This document shows positions 1 to 8,040 of a stretch of DNA of 64,000 nucleotides, in pieces. Position 1 is the first letter of the stretch, and each line of letters starts with the position of its first letter. A program made the translations under genes and the position numbers. A model generated the notes under the pieces. It was given only the letters and a program-made list of their open reading frames with translations, ran no database searches and was not told the DNA's origin. Origin of the DNA: Gammaproteobacteria bacterium (lineage in GTDB: Bacteria; Pseudomonadota; Gammaproteobacteria; GCA-001735895); the NCBI GenBank assembly GCA_050306135.1, contig JBNLGQ010000112.1, positions 67,794-131,793 of the forward strand, read 5' to 3'.

Positions 1-148
1 AACCAGTTAATATGACAATTCTGGTACTTAAAATTTTTATACCCGTATTGACAGATAAATATGGATAGAGCAGATAGAACTAACAGATATCAGACAAGTC
101 TGACTCACTATACAAAAATAATTTAACACATTCAAAGGTAGTACTTAT

Positions 149-814
149 ATGTTTCGATGGTTTGTTATACCCCTTAGTTTCGCTAGTTTCTTAAACGTGT
201 TTGCCTCCGATAATTTGACATCACTTCAAAACAATGCCATCAACAACTGGGAGAAGAAAATTTTTTCAGGTGAAACCAGCTATCGTTTGCTTGAGTATAA
301 AAATCGTATTGCCTTAAAAGCAACCAGTGAAGATTCAGCATCTGGACTGGTATTTAAAAAACAAATCGACCTCAGGAAAACGCCTTATTTAAACTGGAGC
401 TGGGCAACCAAATATAAGCTTCCAGCGCTGGATGAACGTAGTAAATCAGGTGATGATTATGTAGCTCGAGTTTATGTAGTTATCGATGGTGGATGGCTGG
501 TCTGGAACACCATTTCACTTAGCTATGTCTGGTCAAGTAACCAGGACAAAGGTCAGGTATGGGATAATGCTTTCGCCGGCTCCAATGTCAAAATGTTATC
601 CGTAAGGGGTATGCAGGATGAATCTGGACAATGGTACGATGAAAAGCGCAACGTTTATCAGGACCTGATTGATTATTTTGGTGACAAGGGTAGCGATAAG
701 GAAAACCTCGATGCCTATAGATACATAGACGTTATCGCCATTATGACTGATACAGATAATAGTGGGAGCAAAGCTGAATCTTACTATGGTGATATAATTT
801 TTAGCCCTAAATAA
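149..814 (+). CDS. DUF3047-family secreted protein (signal peptide, unknown function)
   Basis: 221 aa ORF with an N-terminal hydrophobic signal (MFRWFVIPLSFASFLNVFA). Conserved W/Y-rich core (YLNWSWA...YVARVYVV) resembles the DUF3047 family. An AGG-containing RBS lies upstream. Confidence 0.5.
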   Translation: MFRWFVIPLSFASFLNVFASDNLTSLQNNAINNWEKKIFSGETSYRLLEYKNRIALKATSEDSASGLVFKKQIDLRKTPYLNWSWATKYKLPALDERSKSGDDYVARVYVVIDGGWLVWNTISLSYVWSSNQDKGQVWDNAFAGSNVKMLSVRGMQDESGQWYDEKRNVYQDLIDYFGDKGSDKENLDAYRYIDVIAIMTDTDNSGSKAESYYGDIIFSPK

Positions 815-992
815 TTATTACATGACATCACAATGACCCCTATTATGGAAAAAAGTCAAACTCGTTATTTTCTATCTTTAAATAATTCTTATATCTTCCT
901 CGTTTGTAATATTAATCCCACGCAATAACTATGTCTAAAGCCTGGGGATATATGACTATACTGTCTACCGACTTCTTATATTATCCTGAATA

Positions 993-1406
993 ATGGAAAA
1001 TTTAGAAAAGGTTACCTGGTCAAAAGATTTCAGTGTCGGTAATAAAGATCTTGATGCCCAGCATTTAAAGATTGTTAATTTCATCAATGACCTGATTGAT
1101 ATGCCTAGTTTCAAAAATCAGGCTCAAGCACTTGATTGCATCACTAAAATGCTGGCCTATTCAATAGAGCACCTCGACTATGAAGAACAACTATTACAGG
1201 AACTCGGCTATCCTGAAGCTGACAGTCATTCTTTTATTCATCAGTTTTACGTCAGTAAAGTCAAAAACCTGTTAAAATCTTCGTTTCACAATGATGAAAT
1301 GTTCAAGCATGAGATTTTGGATTTTCTTAAGGAATGGTGGACTTATCATATCCTTGAAGAAGACATGAAGTATAAACCCTTTCTGCAAAGTAAAGGGCTG
1401 CTGTAG
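993..1406 (+). CDS. hemerythrin-like metal-binding protein (bacteriohemerythrin)
   Basis: 137 aa. His/Asp/Glu ligand spacing typical of hemerythrin HHE cation-binding domains (H..H..E...H....D). Similar to the second hemerythrin at 33500. Confidence 0.6.
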   Translation: MENLEKVTWSKDFSVGNKDLDAQHLKIVNFINDLIDMPSFKNQAQALDCITKMLAYSIEHLDYEEQLLQELGYPEADSHSFIHQFYVSKVKNLLKSSFHNDEMFKHEILDFLKEWWTYHILEEDMKYKPFLQSKGLL

Positions 1407-1417
1407 TAAGCAGCCCC
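1394..1417. terminator. GC hairpin (gggctgctg...cagcccc) shared by the convergent hemerythrin and prpF 3' ends
   Basis: Perfect 8-9 bp GC stem overlapping the hemerythrin stop. Only weakly T-rich tails on either strand. Confidence 0.35.
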
Positions 1418-1443
1418 TATATCATCTTTAGCTTGTCTGTAGT

Positions 1444-2622
1444 TTAAAAACAATCGCCAGGAACGCGAACCCAACCTTCCATCAATACTCTTGCACTACG
1501 ACTCATAGCGACTTTTTTGACTGTCCACTGACCATCAACTTGAGTAGCTTCTGCACCCACTTTTAAGGTGCCGGAAGGATGGCCAAAAATAACCGAGTCT
1601 CTTTCACCACCACCGGCAGCCAGATTTACCAGCGTACCCGGTATAGTTGCAGCGGTACCAATGGCAACAGCTGCAGTGCCCATCATCGCATGATGTAATT
1701 TGCCCATCGATAGTGCGCGAACATTAAGGTCTATATCTGAAGCATTAATCTGTTTGGCGCTGGATGAGGTATAAGCCTGTGCCGGTGAAACAAAAGCCAC
1801 CTTGGGGGTATGCTGTCGAGCTGCAGCTTCTTCAACTTTCTGTATCAAGCCCATTTTGATCGCACCATGCGCACGGATAGTTTCAAACATGGTCAGTGCT
1901 TTATCATCGCTATTGATGGCATCCTGTAATTCAGTACCAGAGTAACCGATATCTGCGGCATTCAGAAATATGGTTGGGATGCCAGCATTTATCATGGTGG
2001 CCTGAAACGTACCAACACCTGGAACCTCAAGTTCATCTACCAGATTGCCGGTGGGAAACATATCGCCTTCACCATCTGCGGGATCAAGAAACTCAACCTT
2101 CACTTCAGCAGCAGGAAAGGTGACACCATCCAGCTCAAAGTCACCGGTTTCCTGAACCTCTCCATTAGTCATAGGTACATGCGCGATAATGGTTTTTTTG
2201 ATATTCGCCTGCCAGATACGGACTACTGCGGTACCATTTTCAGGTACCTGCTCAGCATCTACCAGTCCACTGCTGATGGCGAACGATCCCACCGCAGCGG
2301 TCAGGTTACCGCAGTTACCACTCCAATCGACAAAAGGCTTATCGATGGAGACCTGTCCGAACAGATAATCTACATCATGGTCGGGCTGACTGCTTTTAGA
2401 CAGGATAACCGTCTTGCTGGTACTGGAAGTTGCACCACCCATGCCATCGGTCTGTTTGCCGTAAGAGTCGGGGCTGCCGATAACACGCAATAACAATTTA
2501 TCGCGCGCTTCACCTGGAACCTGTGCCGCTTCGGGTAAATCACTCAGCTTAAAGAAAACGCCCTTACTAGTACCGCCACGAATATAAGTAGCAGGAATCT
2601 TGATTTGGGATATAAATGTCAT
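1444..2622 (-). CDS. prpF: 2-methylaconitate cis-trans isomerase PrpF
   Basis: N-terminal IKIPATYIRGGTSKGVFF and overall PrpF/AcnD-accessory family similarity. Lies immediately downstream of acnD. Start chosen at the ATG of MTFISQ (392 aa). The track's longer start is a GTG inside the upstream repeat. Confidence 0.85.
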   Translation of the reverse strand: MTFISQIKIPATYIRGGTSKGVFFKLSDLPEAAQVPGEARDKLLLRVIGSPDSYGKQTDGMGGATSSTSKTVILSKSSQPDHDVDYLFGQVSIDKPFVDWSGNCGNLTAAVGSFAISSGLVDAEQVPENGTAVVRIWQANIKKTIIAHVPMTNGEVQETGDFELDGVTFPAAEVKVEFLDPADGEGDMFPTGNLVDELEVPGVGTFQATMINAGIPTIFLNAADIGYSGTELQDAINSDDKALTMFETIRAHGAIKMGLIQKVEEAAARQHTPKVAFVSPAQAYTSSSAKQINASDIDLNVRALSMGKLHHAMMGTAAVAIGTAATIPGTLVNLAAGGGERDSVIFGHPSGTLKVGAEATQVDGQWTVKKVAMSRSARVLMEGWVRVPGDCF

Positions 2623-2640
2623 GGATTTAGTCTCTTGTTT

Positions 2641-2722
2641 AACCACAGAGAACACGGAGTACACAGAGAGATATTTTTATAATTCAATACCTCTGTGCTC
2701 TCTGTGTCCTCTGTGGTTTAAA
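2641..2722. repeat. palindromic CACRGAG nonamer-array repeat, copy 1 (acnD-prpF intergenic)
   Basis: Left arm aaccacagag-aacacggag-tacacagagag, a 20 bp AT-rich loop, then an inverted right arm cctctgtgc-tctctgtgt-cctctgtgg. Same family as 6159-6293 and 39473-39590. Confidence 0.8.
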
Positions 2723-2727
2723 TGTTT

Positions 2728-5313
2728 TTACTGGTTAGATTCAAGAAAGTCCTGAGCAAAACGCTGCAATACACCACCTGCTTCATATACCCGGACTTCT
2801 TCAGCAGTATCCAGACGACAGGTCACTGGAATTTCTACACGCTCACCATTAGCTCGATTCATAACTACCGTCAATTTGGTACGCGCTGTGATTTCACCAA
2901 TCACGTCATAGGTTTCGGTACCATCGATGTTATAGGTATGGCGATTTTCACCCGCCATGAATTCCAGCGGTAGGACGCCCATACCGACTAGATTGGTTCT
3001 ATGAATGCGCTCAAAACCTTCGGCAACAATGGCTTCAACGCCTGCCAGACGAACACCTTTTGCCGCCCAGTCACGTGATGAGCCCTGACCATAGTCAGCA
3101 CCTGCAACGATTATCAAAGGCTGCTTACGCTGCATATAGGTTTCAATCGCTTCCCACATACGTGTGACCTTGCCTTCGGGTTCTATGCGTGCCAGTGAGC
3201 CCTGCTTCACTTCACCATTTTCCTGCACCATTTCATTCAATAGTTTGGGGTTAGCAAAGGTCGCACGTTGCGCGGTCAGATGATCACCACGATGGGTTGC
3301 ATAGGAATTAAAATCGACTTCGGGTAATCCCATTTTGGCGAGGTATTCGCCGGCTGCACTGCTGGCCAGGATCGCGTTGGATGGTGACAGATGGTCGGTA
3401 GTGATGTTGTCACCCAGTACCGCCAGTGGTCGCATGCCCTTCATGGTGCGTTCGCCTGCCAGTGCACCTTCCCAGTAAGGAGGGCGACGGATATAGGTGG
3501 TTTGCGGACGCCAGTCATACAGTGGACTGCTGGCTTCTTCCACTTGGCCCAGGTCGAACATTGGATCGTAGATCTGGTGGAATTGCTCTGGCTTTACGCA
3601 GCTACTGACAATCGCATCGATCTCTTCATCGCTGGGCCAGATATCTTTTAAGGTGATCGGTTTACCGGCTTTATCAGTGCCAAGAACATCCTGTTCGATA
3701 TCAAAGCGCACGGTACCCGCGATGGCATAAGCGACCACCAGTGGTGGCGAGGCGAGGAACGCCTGCTTGGCGTATGGGTGGATACGACCGTCGAAGTTAC
3801 GGTTACCGGAAAGCACCGCTGTTGCATACAGATCACGCTCGATGATTTCCTGTTGAATCTTTGGATCGAGTGCGCCACTCATGCCGTTACAGGTGGTGCA
3901 GGCGTAGCCGACAATACCAAAGCCGAGCTTTTCCATTTCGGACAGCAGACCTGCTTCTTGCAGATACAGTTTGGCAACTTTAGAGCCGGGGGCAAAGGAA
4001 GATTTAACCCAGGGTTTACGTATCAGACCAAGCTCATTCGCTTTACGCGCAACCAGTCCAGCAGCAACGACGTTACGCGGATTACTGGTATTGGTACAAC
4101 TGGTGATGGCGGCAATAATCACCGCACCATCCGGTAATTCACCTTCTTTTTCTTCCCATTTACCTGCAATGCCACGAGATTCAAGATCAGCGGTTGGTAG
4201 ACGACGGTGCGGGTTGGAAGGTCCCGCCATATTACGGCATACAGAAGATAGATCGAATTCCAGTACACGCTCGTATTCAACGTTTGCCAGATCATCCGCC
4301 CACAGGCCGGTGAGTTTGGCGTACTGCTCAACCAGTGCAACCTGCTCCGGTTCACGGCCAGTGAGTTTCAGATAATCGATGGTTTGCTGGTCGATATAGA
4401 ACAGACCTGCTGATGCGCCAAATTCAGGCGTCATATTAGAGATGGTCGCGCGATCACCAATGGTCAGATTAGCGGCACCTTCGCCAAAGAACTCCAGATA
4501 GGATGAAACGACCTTCTCATTACGCAGAAACTCGGTGATTGCCAGTACGATATCGGTGGCGGTGATGCCAGGCTGGCGCTTACCAACCAGCTTGACACCG
4601 ATGATGTCGGGCAGGCGCATCATAGAGGGACGGCCCAGCATGACGGTTTCTGCTTCCAGACCACCAACGCCAATTGCGATAACGCCCAGTGCATCAATAT
4701 GCGGGGTATGGCTGTCAGTACCTACACAGGTATCGGGGTAGGCGACGCCATCACGCGCCTGGATAACGGGCGACATCTTTTCCAGATTGATCTGGTGCAT
4801 GATGCCATTACCGGCAGGAATCACGTCGACATTCTTGAATGCGGTTTTGGTCCATTCGATAAAATGGAAGCGATCATCGTTACGGCGATCTTCAATTTCA
4901 CGATTTTTGTCGAACGCGTCTGGATCAAATCCACCAAACTCAACCGCCAGCGAATGATCCACAATCAACTGAGTAGGTACGACAGGGTTGACTTCGGCTG
5001 GGTCGCCACCCATATCGGCAATCGCATCACGCAGACCAGCCAGATCTACCAGCGCAGTTTGACCCAGAATGTCATGACATACCACACGCGCTGGATACCA
5101 GGGAAAATCCAGATCCTGTTTGCGTTCGATAAGCTGTTTCAGTGAGTCAGTAAGTGCGTCAGGATCACAACGGCGCACCAGTTGTTCGGCCAGTACACGA
5201 GAGGTATAGGGGAGTTTTGCATAGGCACCAGGCTGTATAGCCTCGACAGCCTCACGTGTATCAAAGTAATCAAGCGCTGTGCCAGCCAAAGGCTTGCGAT
5301 ATAGTGTATTCAT
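2728..5313 (-). CDS. acnD: Fe/S-dependent 2-methylisocitrate dehydratase AcnD (aconitase family)
   Basis: 861 aa. N-terminus MNTLYRKPLAGTALDYFDTREAVEAI matches the AcnD family. Aconitase Cys ligands are present. The start codon overlaps the regulator stop (TAATG). Confidence 0.9.
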   Translation of the reverse strand: MNTLYRKPLAGTALDYFDTREAVEAIQPGAYAKLPYTSRVLAEQLVRRCDPDALTDSLKQLIERKQDLDFPWYPARVVCHDILGQTALVDLAGLRDAIADMGGDPAEVNPVVPTQLIVDHSLAVEFGGFDPDAFDKNREIEDRRNDDRFHFIEWTKTAFKNVDVIPAGNGIMHQINLEKMSPVIQARDGVAYPDTCVGTDSHTPHIDALGVIAIGVGGLEAETVMLGRPSMMRLPDIIGVKLVGKRQPGITATDIVLAITEFLRNEKVVSSYLEFFGEGAANLTIGDRATISNMTPEFGASAGLFYIDQQTIDYLKLTGREPEQVALVEQYAKLTGLWADDLANVEYERVLEFDLSSVCRNMAGPSNPHRRLPTADLESRGIAGKWEEKEGELPDGAVIIAAITSCTNTSNPRNVVAAGLVARKANELGLIRKPWVKSSFAPGSKVAKLYLQEAGLLSEMEKLGFGIVGYACTTCNGMSGALDPKIQQEIIERDLYATAVLSGNRNFDGRIHPYAKQAFLASPPLVVAYAIAGTVRFDIEQDVLGTDKAGKPITLKDIWPSDEEIDAIVSSCVKPEQFHQIYDPMFDLGQVEEASSPLYDWRPQTTYIRRPPYWEGALAGERTMKGMRPLAVLGDNITTDHLSPSNAILASSAAGEYLAKMGLPEVDFNSYATHRGDHLTAQRATFANPKLLNEMVQENGEVKQGSLARIEPEGKVTRMWEAIETYMQRKQPLIIVAGADYGQGSSRDWAAKGVRLAGVEAIVAEGFERIHRTNLVGMGVLPLEFMAGENRHTYNIDGTETYDVIGEITARTKLTVVMNRANGERVEIPVTCRLDTAEEVRVYEAGGVLQRFAQDFLESNQ

Positions 5314-6029
5314 TATTTTACTCTCTTGAAGGCGTTTATATGGTTAAGTAATTTGGGTTGCAGGTTTTTCTGGGTATATTGAATGTGTCGCCGCATCAGC
5401 ATCTCAGCCAGCTCGGCATCACGGTTAGCGATCGCCTGTACAATATGCCTGTGCTCGTCAAAAGCCGTAGTGACACGAGGACCGGCCATGCCAAGTTGCA
5501 CTCGATACATGCGAATCAGGTGATAGATGCCATTCATCAATTCAGAGATCAGATGCTGGTTCTTACTACCCAGTATGATGCGGTAATGAAAGTCCACATC
5601 ACCGGCTTCCTGGTAGTAGGTTTCCCCTCCTTTCACGGTCTGAAAATGCGTATTTAACAGGGCTTGCAGGTCTTCAATTTCCTGATCGGTCATATTGCTT
5701 GCCGCAAGTCGAGCCGCCATACCTTCCAGAGCCTCACGAACCTGATACAGACCGGTAAGGCCTTCAGCGGTAAGTGCAACCACACGTGCACCCACATTAG
5801 CCTTGCGCTCGACCAGATGACAGGTTTCCAGTCGGTTGATCGATTCGCGTATCACTGCACGGCTGACCGCGTATTTTGTCGACAAATCGGTTTCACTAAG
5901 CTTCGAACCGGAAACGATAGCACCCTCAACAATATCTGACCGAAGCTGGATAAAGGTTTTATCTGCAACAGTTACAGGTTGTTCGTTGAAAAGCAAAACA
6001 GAGGTCATATTGAGTTTTCCGGGCTCCAA
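5313..6029 (-). CDS. GntR-family transcriptional regulator (FadR/FCD-type), likely regulator of acnD-prpF
   Basis: N-terminal winged-HTH GntR signature (LSETDLSTKYAVSRAVIRESINRLE) with an FCD-like C-terminal domain. Translationally coupled to acnD. Confidence 0.75.
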   Translation of the reverse strand: MEPGKLNMTSVLLFNEQPVTVADKTFIQLRSDIVEGAIVSGSKLSETDLSTKYAVSRAVIRESINRLETCHLVERKANVGARVVALTAEGLTGLYQVREALEGMAARLAASNMTDQEIEDLQALLNTHFQTVKGGETYYQEAGDVDFHYRIILGSKNQHLISELMNGIYHLIRMYRVQLGMAGPRVTTAFDEHRHIVQAIANRDAELAEMLMRRHIQYTQKNLQPKLLNHINAFKRVK

Positions 6030-6158
6030 TTGTCGACAATATAAGCAATATTTAACTAAATATCCACCATTGTTAGGCTATATTGTCGACAAAAGTTAAG
6101 TATGAATACTTATATATAGAGAACTTTTTGCGTTTATTGACACATTTTAAAAGATATT

Positions 6159-6293
6159 AACCACAGAGGGCACAGAGAACACGGAGAATGATGAGTTTGG
6201 TTATCTATCGCTACTTATCATTTTGATAAATCGAATCGATGCAGTTCCAAAAAAACCTGAATACCTCTGTGCTCTCCGTGTCCTCTGTGGTTA
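6159..6293. repeat. palindromic CACRGAG nonamer-array repeat, copy 2
   Basis: Arms aaccacagag-ggcacagag-aacacggag and cctctgtgc-tctccgtgt-cctctgtgg enclose a loop of about 75 bp. Lies in the divergent promoter region between the GntR gene and the GNAT gene. Confidence 0.8.
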
Positions 6294-6334
6294 AACTCTT
6301 TTAACGATGGAAAAATGTTCGAGCAAAAAAGCCT

Positions 6335-6796
6335 ATGAAAATTATTGAAGCCGATTATAAAAGTCTGGCAAAGGTAACGGATTTATTCCGTGAATATCAG
6401 CAATTCATCGGTGTAGATCTGTGTTTTCAGGGCTTTGAAGAAGAACTGGCCGGTCTACCGGGCAAGTATGCGCCACCAGCAGGAGCTATTTTTATTGCCA
6501 TTGATAACGGAGAATTGATTGGTTGTGTGGCGATACAACCCATCGATCAGCAACTGGCAGAGTTAAAGCGACTTTATGTCCGACCAGCCTGGCATGGTCA
6601 GGGGATTGGGAAGCAGTTGTTTGAATGTGCAATGGCGCGGGCGCAATCGATTGGGTATGGCAGTATTGTGCTGGATACGCTGGAATCGATGCGCAGTGCG
6701 CGGAAGTTGTATCTGGGGTATGGATTTAGGGAGATAGAGAGTTATTATCATAATCCGGATCCGACGACTAAGTTTTATCGGTATGATTTTGGGTAA
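6335..6796 (+). CDS. GNAT family N-acetyltransferase
   Basis: 153 aa. Acetyl-CoA binding motif RPAWHGQGIGKQL (R/Q-x-x-G-x-G/A). Confidence 0.75.
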   Translation: MKIIEADYKSLAKVTDLFREYQQFIGVDLCFQGFEEELAGLPGKYAPPAGAIFIAIDNGELIGCVAIQPIDQQLAELKRLYVRPAWHGQGIGKQLFECAMARAQSIGYGSIVLDTLESMRSARKLYLGYGFREIESYYHNPDPTTKFYRYDFG

Positions 6797-6837
6797 TCGT
6801 ATTTTTGTTCATTATTGGTAGTAGTAACTTCCTGGAC

Positions 6838-7880
6838 AGTTGTTTCACACGCCTTAGCTTTTCTTGCTTCGTAGTGTCTAACGAGTAGGCGTGCGAGTGG
6901 CTTTCTTTTGCGCGAAAAGAAAGTCACCAAAGAAAGCGCGCCCCTCAATCCCTTGATTATTCCGGGCTTCCTGCCCTCCACCCTTCGGGCCACACTGTGT
7001 GCGTTCAAAAATGTTCCTGACATTTTTGTCGTCAAAATGGCGCGGGCTTGAAAGGGGAGTTACTGCAGTCTGCTAACATAGTTACTATTTAATTTACTAT
7101 TGTGGTTTAAAGAGATATGGAAATAATTGATATTAGAGAAGCTGTATTAACTGATGTAGATGATTTACAGGAACTTTATGCTCATGTGGATCAAATACAT
7201 CATGACGAATATCCCGAAATATTTAAACCATCAATTAACATCAATAGACCTGCCTCATTTTTTGAAGGAATCTTTTCTGATGACAATATAAAGTTTCTTG
7301 TAGCATGTATTGATAATCAAATTATCGGTTTTATTCATGCGGAATTAAAAAAGGCAAATCACCCTGTGTTACAAGATTACTCTTATGGGCACATATCAGA
7401 TATTGTTATTAGGCCAGATCACAAAAGAACAGGAGTAGGAAGTAAGCTTTTTAAATCAATTGAGAAGTGGTTTAAAGAAAATGAAGTTAAAGAAATAAGC
7501 CTTACCGTATTTAGTTTTATTGAAGAGGCTATAGCTTTTTATAAAAAAACAGGCTTTACCAATAGACATTGTACAATGACTAAAAATGTCGAAGTCTTTT
7601 AACGCCCTTATTGAGTGCCGATTGTGAGTCATTTTGCAGGGTCAGCGCACACGGACGTCCGCTGAGGATCGTTGAGCAGGAGCGAATCTGTTCGTGGCGT
7701 TATTGCCAGGGATGGCGGAAGTGCTGGGAATGCAGGAGCAATTCCCAGTGAAAAGGAGCTCGCACGCCTGTTAGAAAGACACTACGAAGCAAGAAAAGCT
7801 AAGGCGTGTGAAACAACAATCCGGTAAGGTGCAAGCGTAAATAAGATCGCCGCGCTAACGCTCGCGATGACAGGAAAAAA
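6838..7880. repeat. composite repeat element E1 with terminal inverted repeats of about 60 bp (GTTTCACACGC...GCGTGTGAAAC) carrying a GNAT cargo gene
   Basis: The left TIR (6842-6903) is the reverse complement of the right TIR (7750-7812) at about 57 of 62 positions. Internal conserved blocks P (6838-7062) and Q (7606-7812) match element E2 at 40766-41520. The GNAT gene sits where E2 has a 150 bp AT-rich spacer. Confidence 0.75.
7117..7602 (+). CDS. GNAT family N-acetyltransferase (cargo of repeat element E1, low GC)
   Basis: 161 aa. Motif RPDHKRTGVGSKLF. AT-rich relative to the flanking sequence. Confidence 0.7.
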   Translation: MEIIDIREAVLTDVDDLQELYAHVDQIHHDEYPEIFKPSININRPASFFEGIFSDDNIKFLVACIDNQIIGFIHAELKKANHPVLQDYSYGHISDIVIRPDHKRTGVGSKLFKSIEKWFKENEVKEISLTVFSFIEEAIAFYKKTGFTNRHCTMTKNVEVF

Positions 7881-7886
7881 ACAAAA

Positions 7887-8040
7887 ATGCTACTCAACTA
7901 CATAGAACCCGTATTCCGCCCCCCAGTAAGGCTAAATCAATCATTCTACAAGTAACAAACGGTGCTCCTGGAACTAATGTAAATTCTGCGATATGTATAG
8001 CGATGAAAAAAATGCTTCGTCCAAAATCTATAGCGAACTA
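7887..8040 (+). pseudogene. frameshifted 5' remnant of the radical SAM gene (degenerate duplicate of 10335-10490)
   Basis: The first 34 nt are identical to the start of the 10335 gene (atgctactcaactacatagaacccgtattccgcc). Then about 75% identity with a 1-nt deletion, giving MLLNYIEPVFRPPVRLNQSFYK*. The upstream 70 bp is also duplicated (7813-7886 versus 10236-10334). Confidence 0.7.

Noticed and set aside
2179-2493. Plus-strand 104-aa ORF inside prpF and multiple 60-150 aa ORFs antisense to acnD (3391-5145), acnB (22179-24328), the RND pump (16348-18665) and gyrB (57620-58909)
   Set aside because: These lie fully inside strongly supported long genes on the opposite strand. They have no RBS and low-complexity translations. 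They are typical frame-shadow ORFs.
1444-2664. Long version of prpF starting at 2664
   Set aside because: That start codon is a GTG located inside the CACRGAG palindromic repeat. The ATG at 2622 gives the canonical PrpF N-terminus (MTFISQIKIPATY).
6775-7035. 86-aa minus-strand ORF across the E1 left arm
   Set aside because: Its translation derives from the conserved P block and TIR, which are also present in non-coding form in E2.
6838-7880. Integron gene cassette / attC interpretation of the TIR element (GTCTAAC ... GTTAGAA resemble inverse-core and core sites; GNAT is a typical cassette cargo)
   Set aside because: The inverted repeats are 600-900 bp apart, not within a 60-140 bp attC. There is no array of tandem cassettes. 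No intI or attI is visible in 64 kb. Kept only as a low-probability alternative in the finding.
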